Shown piece by piece: positions 27,357 to 39,132 of a stretch of DNA of 64,000 nucleotides; the first letter of the stretch is position 1; each line of letters begins with the position of its first letter. This DNA comes from Malacoraja senta (Eukaryota): NCBI GenBank assembly GCA_038087875.1, contig CM075988.1, forward strand, positions 558,001 through 622,000. Direction: 5' to 3'. Under the pieces are notes generated by a model, which saw only the letters and a list, made by a program, of their open reading frames with translations, did no database searches and was not told where the DNA came from. A program made the position numbers and the translations under genes.

Positions 27357-28514
27357 GTTGGGTAATTTGTATATTACTTGGTTTGCAGAGTGCTGCGAAT
27401 TTCGGATTCATAGTAGACCGTATAGCACTTCTCGAAGTGGGTGCTGCATAGCAACCCCAGTGCTTGCTGATGCAACTTCGTCATCTTTTGATTGTTACCT
27501 GCTATTCTGGTAAAAGCAGTTATTCCAGAACCCAGCAGCTTTAATATTCTCTGCAACTGATTCCAGATACTCTTGCAGTCTCATCCATTTCATGCTGTTC
27601 CAGCTAATGGTAAACCAAGTAATTTATTAAGGAGGCCAGTTCTTCCTAATGGCTCTCCTGACCCTGACGGGGCAGCGAATCCTACTACCAGGGGTGGAAC
27701 ATCTGGCAGCTGCCTTTCATCGCCTTGTACAGCCTCACCGTCAGAGTCGGGGTCTGAAATCTCATGACCCGTAGCACGCTCCTCATTCCTGAGGGTGCAT
27801 TCCATCAGCCCTGAGCCAGGTGCTGTTAAGCTGCTCCTGCAGCTTGGATTACAGTACACTCCTTCCTGAGTGAACTTTTGCTCCAACAACCTATAAAACA
27901 GGCTTCTATTTGGGCAATACGCTCGAAAGCAGTATCTAGCCCTGTACCAGGAGCTGTTTGAGCTGTTTCCAGCAGCTTGGCTTTCAGAACACTCCTCCCT
28001 GAGTGAACTTTGCTCCAACAGCCTGTGTAAAAGGCTTTCTATTTGGGCAATACGCTCTAAAGCAGTATCTAGCCCTGGAGCTCTTCATTGCCTGGGACTC
28101 CCTCCGTTGGGATTTAAACTTTGTCTTTTGCCCGACAGGCGCTGACTGTGTTTTCACCAGCCCCAGGTCCACAGTCGCTATGCTCACCACTGGCGACTGT
28201 ACCGGGGTTTAGAGGCGGTTGGTCTCTAACCGCGGACTCCCGACTTTCCCGACTTCTGTCGGCTATGTCGCTCGCCTCTTCCCCCTGTCCGTTTTTTCCC
28301 ATGGCGTCTGTGGAAAAAATAGCCATAGACCCACAGTAAACGGACCTGGAAAACCTGTAAAAAAGTTTTTACTTACCTTGTAGTTGAAAAACTACAAACC
28401 ACTCGAGGAGCACTGCTCCTCACGTCCGTTTGCTTCAAGGCGTCTGACGTAATGACGCGCAGGCGCACTGGCGGGGTTCTTCACGTAGTCACTCACGTGA
28501 CTCCGAAGTAAAAT

Positions 28515-29720
28515 TAAAGGACCTCCCATAATTCCTTGGATTTCAGATGTTTCTATATTCCCTAGGATCTCTAAATTCTTCATAATCCTGGAAATCCCTT
28601 CTTTGACCCCTCTCTTTCATTCTCTCCTTTGTTGGACAGGCCTGACTCCAATGTCCCATTCCCCCACACGTATAGCATTGATTAGGCAACATGGTTGGTC
28701 TTATTCTACCCCTGGGTTCCATTGGAATTGGTTCTAAATTGGGAGTGTAGTGGTGATAATAATTTGAGTAATCTCGGACCCTAATTACTCCCAATCCGTA
28801 ATTTGCTGGTACTCTGGGAATCCATGGTTCAGAGTTAGATCTTGGCAATTCTTTCATGGCTATGCGTTCACTTTCTCTGTTAGTTACAGGATAATTTTCT
28901 TGGTTCCTACCTTCCTTCCAATAATACCTCACAACTCTGGCCATTTGACTGGCTCGTTTCTCAGACCAGTTCCTGTTATCAGTTTTAATTAAATCCGCTA
29001 CTTTAGTGGGGAGTCAATTCAACAAGATAGCATAATATTGAGGGGAACTTGCTCCATTCTGATAGTCGAAATCACCTGATTGGTCCATATATAATTTTGA
29101 AAAACGGTGTAAATATTCATCTGCTCCTTCTGGTTTTATTTCCAGAACTCGACTTAAATCGCCTGTTTTCTGAAACGTTTTTGCAAGGGCCGTTAAAACA
29201 GCCTCTTCTCTTGCATTGTCATTCACTACTACATTTGCCAATGTTTCATAAGTCGGGTGTCCTAGGGCTACTAGAAATTTGGTATTCTCAGGTGGAGTCA
29301 TTATTTGTTGTATGGTCTCCCACAAATCCCGGGAATCTGCATGATATACATGCATTGTGGTTCTTAAATAATCTATAAAGGCAGCAGGTGACTCCTTCCT
29401 ATCGGGGATTCTGTTTAGAACTGTCATTATTTCATGGGGCTTCCACAGCATATGGACATCTGTGGCACGGGGATTATTCATACTCACTGCGCTGGCTGCA
29501 ACTATTCCTTCCCTTACTGGTAACAGCCTATGGGGTACCTGTTTAATTTGCAAGCTTTCGGTTACGTCAAAATCTATCTCGGTATCTTCAATCACTGTCT
29601 CACCTTCAGATGAATTTTCCTGTTCGCTAGGGGTTTCCCGATACTGCCCAAATATATCATTCCTTTCTACTCGAGTAATCTGTCTAGGTTGTGGCTCACA
29701 GAAATACTCTGCCGGTTGCA
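28515..29720 (-). pseudogene. gag: ERV gag capsid/nucleocapsid region
   Basis: ORFs 29014-29730 and 28543-28944; zinc knuckle CYTCGGMGHWSQAC (CX2CX4HX4C) at 28636-28677. Confidence 0.85.
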
Positions 29721-29797
29721 CTATAACCATATAACAATTACAGCACGGAAACAGGCCATCTCGACCCTTCTAGTCCGTGCCGAACACGTATTCTCCC

Positions 29798-32563
29798 CTA
29801 GTCCCATATACCTGCGCTCAGACCATAACCCTCCATTCCTTTCCCGTCCATATAACTATCCAATTTATTTTTAAATGATAAAAACGAACCTGCCTCCACC
29901 ACCTTCACTGGAAGCTCATTCCACACAGCCACCACTCCCTGAGTAAAGAAGTTCCCCCTCATGTTACCCCTAAACTTCTGTCCCTTAATTCTCAAGTCAT
30001 GTCCCCTTGTTTGAATCTTCCCTACTCTCAGTGGGAAAAGCTTATCCACGTCAACTCTGTCTATCCCTCTCATCATTTTAAAGACCTCTATCAAGTCCCC
30101 CCTTAACCTTCTGCGCTCCAAAGAATAAAGCCCTAACTTGTTCAACCTTTCTCTGTAACTTAGTTGCTGAAACCCAGGCAACATTCTAGTAAATCTCCTC
30201 TGTACTCTCTCTATTTTGTTGACATCCTTCCTATAATTAGGCGACCAAAATTGTACACCATACTCCAGAATTGGCCTCACCAATGCCTTGTACAATTTTA
30301 ACATTACATCCCAACTTCTATACTCAATGCTCTGATTTATAAAAGCCAGCACACCAAAAGCTTTCTTTACCACCCTATCTACATGAGATTCCACTTTCAG
30401 GGAACTGTGCACAGTTATTCCAAGATCCCTCTGTTCACCTGCATTCTTCAATTCCCTACCATTTACCATGTACGTCCTATTTTGATTTGTCCTGCCAAGA
30501 TGTAGCACCTCACACTTATCAGCATTAAACTCCATCTGCCATCTTTCAGCCCACTCTTCCAACCGGCATAAATCTCTCTGTAGACTTTGAAAAACTACTT
30601 GATTATCCACAGCCCCACCTATCTTAGTATCATCTGCATACTTACTAATCCAATTTACCACACCATCATCCAGATCATTGATGTACATGACAAACAACAG
30701 TGGACCCAACACAGATCCCTGTGGCACCCCACTGGTCACTGGCCTCCAACCTGACAAACAACCATCCACCATTACTCTCTGGCATCTCCCATTCAGCCAC
30801 TGTTGAATCCATCTTGCTACTCCACCATTAATACCCAACCATTGAACCTTCTTAACCAACCTTCCGTGAGGAACCTTGTCAAAGGCCTTACTGAAGTCCA
30901 TATATACAACATCCACGGCTTTACCCTCATCAATTTCCCGAGTAACCTCTTCAAAAAATTCAAGAAGATTAGTCAAACATGACCTTCCAGGCACAAACCC
31001 ATGTTGACTGTTCCTAATCAGCCCCTGTTTATCCAGATGCTTATATATATTATCTCTAAGTATCCTTTCCATTAATTTGCCCACCACTGACGTCAAACTA
31101 ACAGGTCTATAATTGCTAGGTTTACTCTTAGACCCCTTTTTAAACAATGGAACAACATGCGCCGTACGCCAATCCTCCGGCACTATTGCCGTTTCCAATG
31201 ACATTTGAAATTTTTCTGTCATAGCCCCTGCTATTTCTACACTAAATTCCCTCAATGTCCTAGGGAATATCGTGTCCGGACCTGGAGACTTATCCACTTT
31301 TATGTTTCTCAAAAGTGTCAGTACTTCCTCTTCTTTGAATCTCATAGTTTCCATAGCTACTCTACTTGTTTCCCTTACCTCACATAATTCAATATCCTTC
31401 TCCTTGGTGAATACCGAAGAAAAGAAATTGTTCAATATCTCCCCCATCTCTTTTGGCTCTGCAGATAGCTGTCCACTCTGACTCTCTAATGGACCAATTT
31501 TATCCCTCGTTATCCTTTTGCTATTAATATAGCTGTAGAAACCCTTTGGATTTACTTTCACCTTACTTGCCAAAGCAACCTCATATCTTCTTTTAGCTTT
31601 TCTAATTTCTTTCTTATGACACTTTTTACATTTTTTATACTCCTCAAGCACCTCATTTACTCCATGCTGCCTATAATTATTGTAGATCTCTCTCTTTTTC
31701 CGAACTAAGTGTCCAATTTCCCTTGAAAACCATGGCTCTTTCCAATTTTTACTATTTCCTTTCAACCGAACAGGGACATAAAGATTCTGTACTGTTAAAA
31801 TTTCACCTTTAAATGTCCTCCATTTCTCTTCTACATCTTTCCCATAAAACAAACTGTCCCAATTTACTCCTTTTAAATCCTTTCGCATCTCCTCAAAGTT
31901 AGCCTTTCTCCAATCAAAAATGTCAATCCTAGGTCCAGTTCTGACCCTCTCCATAATTATATTGAAACTAATGGTATTGTGATCACTGGTCCTGAACTGT
32001 TTCCCAACGCATACCTCTGCCACCTGACCCGTCTCATTTCCTGACAGGAGGTCCAGCACCGCCCCTTCTCTAGTAGGTACTTCTATGTATTGTTGCAAAA
32101 AACTATCCTGCACACATTTTACAAACTCCAAACCATCCAGCCCTTTTACAGAATGTGTTTCCCAGTCTATGTGTGGAAAATTGAAATCTCCCACAATCAC
32201 TACCTTGTGCTTACTACTAATATCTGCTATCTCCTTACATATTTGCTCTTCCAATTCTCGCTCCCCATTTGGTGGTCTATAATACACCCCTATGAGTGTT
32301 GCTACCCCTTTCCCATTTCTCAGTTCCACCCAAATAGCCTCCCTAGAAGAGCCCTCTAATCTATCCTGCCAAAGCACTGCTGTAATATCGTCCCTGATAA
32401 GGAATGCAACACCTCCACCTCTTGCCCCTCCAATTCTATCACACCTGAAGCAACGAAATCCTGGAATATTTAGTTTCCAATCACAGCCCTCCTGCAACCA
32501 TGTTTCACTGATCGCCACAACATCATACTTCCAGGTGTCAATCCAGGCTTTAAGTTCATCCAC
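29798..32563 (-). CDS. CR1 ORF2: AP endonuclease + reverse transcriptase (921 aa open; true start probably further upstream)
   Basis: ISETW, YRPPN, GDFN, SDH; QHGF, GVPQGSVLGP, YADD; no stops. Confidence 0.95.
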   Translation of the reverse strand: MDELKAWIDTWKYDVVAISETWLQEGCDWKLNIPGFRCFRCDRIGGARGGGVAFLIRDDITAVLWQDRLEGSSREAIWVELRNGKGVATLIGVYYRPPNGERELEEQICKEIADISSKHKVVIVGDFNFPHIDWETHSVKGLDGLEFVKCVQDSFLQQYIEVPTREGAVLDLLSGNETGQVAEVCVGKQFRTSDHNTISFNIIMERVRTGPRIDIFDWRKANFEEMRKDLKGVNWDSLFYGKDVEEKWRTFKGEILTVQNLYVPVRLKGNSKNWKEPWFSREIGHLVRKKREIYNNYRQHGVNEVLEEYKKCKKCHKKEIRKAKRRYEVALASKVKVNPKGFYSYINSKRITRDKIGPLESQSGQLSAEPKEMGEILNNFFSSVFTKEKDIELCEVRETSRVAMETMRFKEEEVLTLLRNIKVDKSPGPDTIFPRTLREFSVEIAGAMTEKFQMSLETAIVPEDWRTAHVVPLFKKGSKSKPSNYRPVSLTSVVGKLMERILRDNIYKHLDKQGLIRNSQHGFVPGRSCLTNLLEFFEEVTREIDEGKAVDVVYMDFSKAFDKVPHGRLVKKVQWLGINGGVARWIQQWLNGRCQRVMVDGCLSGWRPVTSGVPQGSVLGPLLFVMYINDLDDGVVNWISKYADDTKIGGAVDNQVVFQSLQRDLCRLEEWAERWQMEFNADKCEVLHLGRTNQNRTYMVNGRELKNAGEQRDLGITVHSSLKVESHVDRVVKKAFGVLAFINQSIEYRSWDVMLKLYKALVRPILEYGVQFWSPNYRKDVNKIERVQRRFTRMLPGFQQLSYRERLNKLGLYSLERRRLRGDLIEVFKMMRGIDRVDVDKLFPLRVGKIQTRGHDLRIKGQKFRGNMRGNFFTQGVVAVWNELPVKVVEAGSFLSFKNKLDSYMDGKGMEGYGLSAGIWD

Positions 32564-32746
32564 CTTTCTTACAATGCTCCTAGCATTAAAATATACACAT
32601 TTAAGAAACCCACCCTCTCTTATTCTGTTTATTGTCTTTTTCTTCTCTCTCCCCTACATTTTGGGTCAGAGTGCTTCCATTTTCTGCCTCCTGCCTCACA
32701 CACTGACTGCTAGCTTTCCCAATTTGAGTCCCTGCCCCCAACCATA

Positions 32747-33709
32747 CTAGTTTAAAGTCTCCCCAGTAGCCTTTGCAAATCTACCTGCCAGGATATTGGT
32801 CCCCCTCGAGTTCAAGTGCAACCCATCCTTTCTGTACAGGTCGCACCTTCCCCAAAAGAGGTCCCAATGATCCAGAAACTTGAATCCATACCCACTGCAC
32901 CAGTCCCTCATCCACTCATTTATCCTCCACCTCGCTCCATTCCTACTCTCACTGTCGCGTGGCACAGGCAGTAATCCTGAGATTGTTACCTTTGCAGTCC
33001 TTCTCCTTAACTCTCTACCTAACTCCCTAAATTCTTCTTTCAGGACCTCTTCTCTTTTTTTACCTATGTCGTTGGTACCTATATGTACCACAACCTCAGG
33101 CTCCTCTCCCTCCCATTTCAGGATTTCTTCGACACGTTCAGACACATCCTTGACCCTGGCACCAGGGAGGCAAACTACCATCCGGGTCTCCTGTCTGCGT
33201 CCACAGAAACGCCTATCCGACCCCCTGACTATAGAGTCCCCTATTACAATTGCCCTCCTCTTCTTTTCCTTACCCTTCTGAGCAACAGGACCGGTCTTTG
33301 TGCCAGAGGCCCGGCCGCTGTCGCTGCCCCCAGGTAGGCCATCTCCACCACCATTACTCAAACATGAGTACTTATTTTCAAGGTGTACAGCCACTGGGGT
33401 ACTCACCAGTCCCTGCCTCTGCCCATTGCCCTTCCTAACTGTGACCCAGTTTTCTGTCTCCCGTGGTCTTGGAGTGACCACCTCCCTGTAACTCCTTTCT
33501 ATGACCTCCTCGCTCTCCCTGAGCAGACAGAGGTCATCGAGTTGCTGCTCCAGGTTCCTAACACGGTCCCTTAGGAGCCCCATCTCGACGCACCTGGCGC
33601 AGATGTGGACGTCTGGAGGGCTTTCAGACTCCATGACTTCCCACATCTGACATCCAGAACAGTAAACTGCCCTGGCCCTCATAATCCCCTTACCTGGGAT
33701 ACAAGCCAA
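32747..33709 (-). CDS. CR1 ORF1: Cys-rich zinc finger/leucine zipper + SGNH esterase
   Basis: CSGC...CARC, coiled-coil-like segment, VIGDSIVR, HIGTND, DGLHL. Confidence 0.93.
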   Translation of the reverse strand: MACIPGKGIMRARAVYCSGCQMWEVMESESPPDVHICARCVEMGLLRDRVRNLEQQLDDLCLLRESEEVIERSYREVVTPRPRETENWVTVRKGNGQRQGLVSTPVAVHLENKYSCLSNGGGDGLPGGSDSGRASGTKTGPVAQKGKEKKRRAIVIGDSIVRGSDRRFCGRRQETRMVVCLPGARVKDVSERVEEILKWEGEEPEVVVHIGTNDIGKKREEVLKEEFRELGRELRRRTAKVTISGLLPVPRDSESRNGARWRINEWMRDWCSGYGFKFLDHWDLFWGRCDLYRKDGLHLNSRGTNILAGRFAKATGETLN

Positions 33710-33943
33710 TCAGCTGCTTCCTCTAGTCCGTTCGACCAATCAGAGGCTTCCCCCACACTCCATCTCTGGAACGTTGCAGCTGCAGATGGAACGTTGCAGA
33801 TTTGGGTTCCAACGGCTCCAGGTAACTCCTCCTCGCTCCAACGGCTCCCCGGGCCTCTGTAGAAGCAAGCCCCGCGCTGTTTTTCTACTCACAGCTCCAG
33901 GTAACTCCTCCTCGCTCCAACGGCTCCCCGGGCCTCCCCTATA

Positions 33944-34505
33944 TCTAATATTTTCTTTGAACACCGGAACTAATCTTTTCGTTCTACTCCGGATGCCATA
34001 AGCCACAGGACAATCTATCAATGAGGGTGTGGATAGGATCTGGTACCTCAGTATCTGCTGTTGGTAGAGTCTGTTCAGATGTAAAATCTGCAGGAGTTGT
34101 TATAGATTCTGCAGTCCTAAAATATCTATTACAGACACAAGTCATACACGGTGGTAGTGAAGCCTGGGATACACAAGAGGAACATGGTGGGAGCTGCGAA
34201 CTTCCACTGGCGTTAACATTTGTCCACTTTTCTATGTATTCATCTCCTTCCCCCTCGAAGTCAGCACTAACCATCGGATTCCTAATCTTTGATTCTCCAC
34301 GGACTAATTTCCTTCCAGGAGATCCACCTTTCCCTTGTTCTGAGTATTTCCCTTCATCTCCACTCCTGTCCTTCCCACTGGTTGGAGGTCAATCTACTTT
34401 ACCTTCTTTTAGTTCTATTCCAAGTTTAGCGATCGCTTTTTCCCAACTAGCCATTCTCTTAACCTCCTTATTTGCCTTTCGTTCCTCGACATATTTTCTC
34501 CATAA
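33944..34505 (-). pseudogene. gag: ERV gag N-terminal/central region (degenerate)
   Basis: Lies between two nested inserts; continues KELIGL|WRKYVEERK from 37153 after removing the foldback. Confidence 0.6.
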
Positions 34506-37149
34506 AACCCCTGTCTCATGGTGCGAGTCCACCCACGAGTGATCCCGAGTTTAAAACCAATTAAACTCGTGGTAATCACGTAGAATTAACGTAGCGGGAA
34601 TGTCGTAACTCGTAATGCTAACGGCTGGTACTCGGGAAACTTGTTAACTCGGGAAAATCTTTCAACATGATGAAAGATTTCCACGAGTCAAATTTACACT
34701 TGAAGTAAAATGTTTAAACTTTTAAACTCGTTGTAAGAACGTAGATGCCCCGTGAGTTTACCGTAGTGACTCGTGAGTCTACCGTGGGAACTCAGGGGGA
34801 CAGGCAGCATCTCTAGAGAGAAGGAATGGGTGACGGGATGACTTTTCCAAAATTCTGCTGTGTCTTTGTGTTACTCCAGCATTGTGCATTCACTTTTTGT
34901 CAACCAGCATCTGCCCTTTCTTGTGTATGACATTATTTGTATCCGTGGCAGTTGATTGTCATTCCCTTCAGTTTCCCAGGGGGTCGGGACGGGACTGGAG
35001 TTGGGAGGGAAAGGTGGGGGGGAAGGGGAGTGGGGGGGTTGGGGTGACTTAGTATGGGAGACAAGTGTAGGAGAGGTGTACTGACTGTGTGGGCAGACAC
35101 TTTGGTAGTGATTGCCCATGGGGTTCACTGTCGAGGACTTCATAATGCAGAGAGCATTATAAACAGTTGCTGCAAACAAAAGATTTTGTGTGGATCTGGT
35201 ATATCTGGGTATTGAAAGCGCTTCTGGTCTGCAGTGTGCAATAGTCACCAAAATAGTAATATAGTAACTTTATTGGCAATTCAAATAATGCAACAAGTAG
35301 TTACACAGAGGATTGAAATTGCGTTTCCCCATACTCCAATGTGCAAGTAATATTTATAACATAGACAGACAATATACCAATACAAATAGACAATGGACAT
35401 ATACATTATATACAATATTCATTAATAAAAGGTGCAATATAGAAAAGTGCAAATAGCATACTGCAGACATTGGGTTAAAGTTAATTTGACAGTCAGTTGG
35501 TCTTTGTGTAATGTTCATGGAATTTTCTTGAGTGTGTTGAGTAGTCTGATGGCCTGAGGGAAAAAGCTGTTTTTGAATCTTGTGGTTTTGCTCCGCATGC
35601 TGCGGTAGCGCTTGCCGGATGGTAGGAGGGTGAACAGTTTGTGTGCTGGGTGGGTGGTGTCTTTGATGATATTGGTTGCTCTCTTGCGACAGCGAGATGG
35701 GTATAAGTCCTGGATTGCTGGTTGGGGTGATCTAGTGATCTTCTCCGCTGTCCTCACCACTCTCTGTAGGGCCTTCTGGTCAGCAGCAGAGCAACTGCCA
35801 TACCAGACTGAGAGACTGCTGGTAAGAATGCTCTCAATGGCACCCCTGTAAAAAGTTGTGAGGGCAGAAGGAGGGAGGTCGGCTCTCCTCATCCGTCGAA
35901 GGAAGTGGAGGCGTTGCTGTGCTTTCTTGACTAGGGAGATGGTGTTGGTGGACCATGTCTGATCATCTGTGATGTGTACTCCCAGGAACTTGGTGCTTTT
36001 CACAGACTCCACTGCACTGCCATTTATGGTGAGTTGGGTGTGTGCTGTCTGTTTCTTCCTGAAGTCCACAGTTATTTCTTTTGTTTTATTGACATTGAGT
36101 TGAAGGTTATTGATGTCACACCAGTTGATGAGTTGTTGTATCTCCTCTCTGTAGGCTGAGTCGTCATCGTGGCTGATGAGGCCCACCACTGTTGTGTCAT
36201 CTGCGAACTTGATGATGTGGTTCGAGTTATGTTTGGCACAACAGTCATGTGTCATCTTTAGAAAGGAAAAATACAAAACATGTCAATCCCACTGGATAGG
36301 CCTCAGTCATGGTGCTGTACAAGACGGAAACAGGTCCTTCGGCCCAGCTTGGCCGTGCCGTCCAAGTTGGCGTCTTGGGATAGTCCTATTTGCCTGCATG
36401 TGGCCCATAGCCCTCTAAACCCTTCCCATCCATTTATCTGTCATTAATAACCTCAAGAAAATATTAAATCTACGTGAGCCTGCTTCAGTTTCCTGGGTCC
36501 AACTCAGAGAGAAGTCTCCCCCCTTTCCAGGGTTAATCTCTGCACTGCATTATGAAGTCCTCGACAGTGAACCCCATGGGCAATCACTACCAAAGTGTCT
36601 CCCGTACTAAGTCACCCTCCCCCCACCCCACCTGTCCCTCCCAACTCCAGTCCCGTCCCGACCCCCTGGGAAACTGAAGGGAGTGACAATCAACTGCCAT
36701 GGATACAAATAATGTTATACACAAGAAAGGGTAGATGCTGGTTGAAAAAAGTGAATGCACAATGCTGGAGTAACACAAAGACGCAGCAGAATTTTGGAAA
36801 CGTCATCCAGTCACCCATTCCTTCTCTCCAGAAATGCTGCCTGTCCCGCTGAGTTCCCACTGTAGACTCACGAGTCACTACGGTAAACTCACAGGGCATC
36901 TATGGGGCATCTACGTTCTTACAACGAGTTTAAAAGTTTAAAATTTTTACTTCAAGAGTAAATTTGACTCGTGGAAATCTTTCAGCATGTTGAAAGATTT
37001 TCACGAGTTAACAAGTTTCCCGAGTACCTGCCGTTAGCATTAAGAGTTCCGACGTTCCCGCTATGTTAATTCTACGTGATTACCACGAGTTTGATTTGTT
37101 TTAAACTCGGGATCACTCGTGGGTGGACTCGCACCGTGAGACAGGGATT
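34506..37149. mobile_element. Non-autonomous PIF/Harbinger-type foldback element with ~600-bp inverted arms
   Basis: TAA TSD (34503-34505, 37150-37152); termini aacccctgtctca...tgagacagggatt; ~34506-35150 inverted to ~36543-37149. Confidence 0.85.
35252..36256 (-). mobile_element. Rex1/Babar LINE 3' fragment
   Basis: ORF 35515-36276: THDC..IIKFADDTTVVGLI, KFLGVHI, KAQQRLHFLR, FYRGAIESIL, SFFPQAIRLLN. Confidence 0.9.
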
Positions 37150-37152
37150 TAA

Positions 37153-37330
37153 CCCTATTAATTCTTTTGCACTTTTGTTATAACTATGCTGCCAAATGAT
37201 CCATTCTATGTATTTTATCCCTCTTACTGTTCTAATTCCCCCCGGCGGCCATAGCTTATTTCCTAATTTCTTATTTACATCTTGATCTACATTATTCCTC
37301 AGGCTTCTGAACACCTAAAACAGACATTTT
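37153..37330 (-). pseudogene. gag: ERV gag matrix-like region
   Basis: KLWPPGG motif in ORF 37072-37314, positioned downstream of the PBS and leader. Confidence 0.55.
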
Positions 37331-39112
37331 AAATCCTTCCTTTTGATCACTAAATTTACCCAGCTCGCTCCTAGATAATGGCTAATGGTTCAAAGCGATC
37401 GCAGTTACTCCTTTGCTCCACCAATCCTACTCTTCTATTCAAATTCTTCTCCTCTCTCCCACAAGTCCACACACTTTCAAGCTTACAACTTTCTTAATCC
37501 CCAGTCATTCAAGAATCAGAGTACTCCAGGAAACAATCAAACACATCCAAACACAATCAAACACACCCTAGAACTCATTTAATCCTCAATCGAAACACCC
37601 AAAAATGATCTTCAAGCACGCAAGTAACATGGTACACAAGCAGGATAACACGCTACCTATTACTATCAGGCACAACCACACTCCTAAATAAACCACCAAC
37701 ATTTGTTTATTATAAATCACGCACTCTAAGAAATCCTCCTTGTGGCGCAATCGGTCAGCGTGATGACTCCTCCCCCGATGCCTTGATCGAACCACCACAA
37801 TTCAGATTCTTACAACACCACACTCTAAATAATTACAACTCAAACACACTCTTACTTCAAGTATCTAAATCCGTAAATACTCACACAAGCACAAGCAGCA
37901 ATACAAATAACGGTCCACGGACTTAACAAAATCTTAATCTTAACTTTCTAAATCTTAATACACTCTAAGTTTATTTACATACACCGAATATTTACAAAAT
38001 CCGGATCCTATGACAATACGAAAAGCTAGATTTTTACAATTTACAAAATGATTTAAAGCACTAGCTTTACGAACAGTTGATCTCGATATCGCGTCACTCT
38101 GTTATCACTCAGTGAATCTCTCCCTCTGATACCAAAGATTTTCCCCTTCCTAGGTTACTCTTTGCTGAGGGGTACTACTACTTCAATTACTACTTTTCCT
38201 CCCGAATGTTACTATCCCACTGCTAAGATTGGATCTATAGGGGGACCTCTATCCCTCCTCTCTAAGTTTGACAAAATTAGGGGTACCCTTCATTATTCGG
38301 ATTACTTTTCATCAAGTAAACAGGTTCCCATCTGTCAGGTACTCTTCGCTATCAGGTACTAGTCAATAATTGACCAGAGGGTTACTATTCACTGTTGACT
38401 AGCCGCTATTCGGAATCGATCACGGACATGCACCAACGCCGAAGTTCTATATACAGGAATTCGAATTCCATCTTACTGGCAGAACTTCAATATGAAATTC
38501 AGTATTTGGAAATTTGGCTTTGCAAATATAGTCTTGAACTCCAACTTCTAGTGCGTATCTCTCCTCATACGCAGGCACTTAAATCAAACTAAAATTGCAC
38601 AGTTGAATTCTTAAATGGACTGGAGTATTCAGGGCAATCTATACTCTGTCCACCCAAGCCCAGTACCTTTACGAGGTTCCTTATCCGTCACACAGGGCTC
38701 AGATATCTACACACAGACACACATCTCTGCTGGGCACCGAGGATTCAGCGCCTAGCCGCTTCGCGCTGTGAGTTATCGATGCCGAATTTCAAAGCGCACC
38801 TTTCCAATTCGCGCTCCCAGCAAAAATCCGATCGAACGTAGGTCAGACCTGTATTTCAATACCCCACCAATTGGATACCAAATCTAACCTTGGGCCACGC
38901 CTCGCCCAATGAAGTGCGTTTGGCTCTCGTTAAAGCAGCTGCAGTCTGCTGATGATGATCTGCTGATGATCTCGATTAGACCATTTCCCAAGCCCCCGAA
39001 TGATCGATCCGCTCCGACTAACGAAGTGCCAGGAACCAATGCGAAAACCGCACTGGGGGCCCGATTTCTGCACTCACCCTTGATCGCAAACTTGTGTTTG
39101 GGGGTCTGTTGA

Positions 39113-39132
39113 GATCCCGGACGAGGCCCCTA
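39113..39132 (-). promoter_or_regulatory. Primer-binding site, tRNA-Pro
   Basis: Minus strand taggggcctcgtccgggatc next to the LTR CA; canonical Pro PBS is TGGGGGCTCGTCCGGGAT. Confidence 0.88.

Larger units (their letters stand above)
23308..28514 (-). mobile_element. Full-length DIRS1-like retrotransposon (frameshifted)
   Basis: gag-like, RT, RNase H, methyltransferase-like and YR ORF pieces; inverted termini and ICR; AAT core at both junctions. Confidence 0.95.
29726..33938 (-). mobile_element. Full-length CR1 LINE (family B) with both ORFs open
   Basis: 5' UTR, ORF1, ORF2 and tail present; candidate TSD CTATA (29721-29725, 33939-33943). Confidence 0.96.

Noticed and set aside
38124..38134. 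TGGTATCAGAG on the minus strand, resembling an iMet PBS
   Set aside because: About 1 kb from the LTR and matches the plant-type sequence; the Pro PBS adjoins the LTR.
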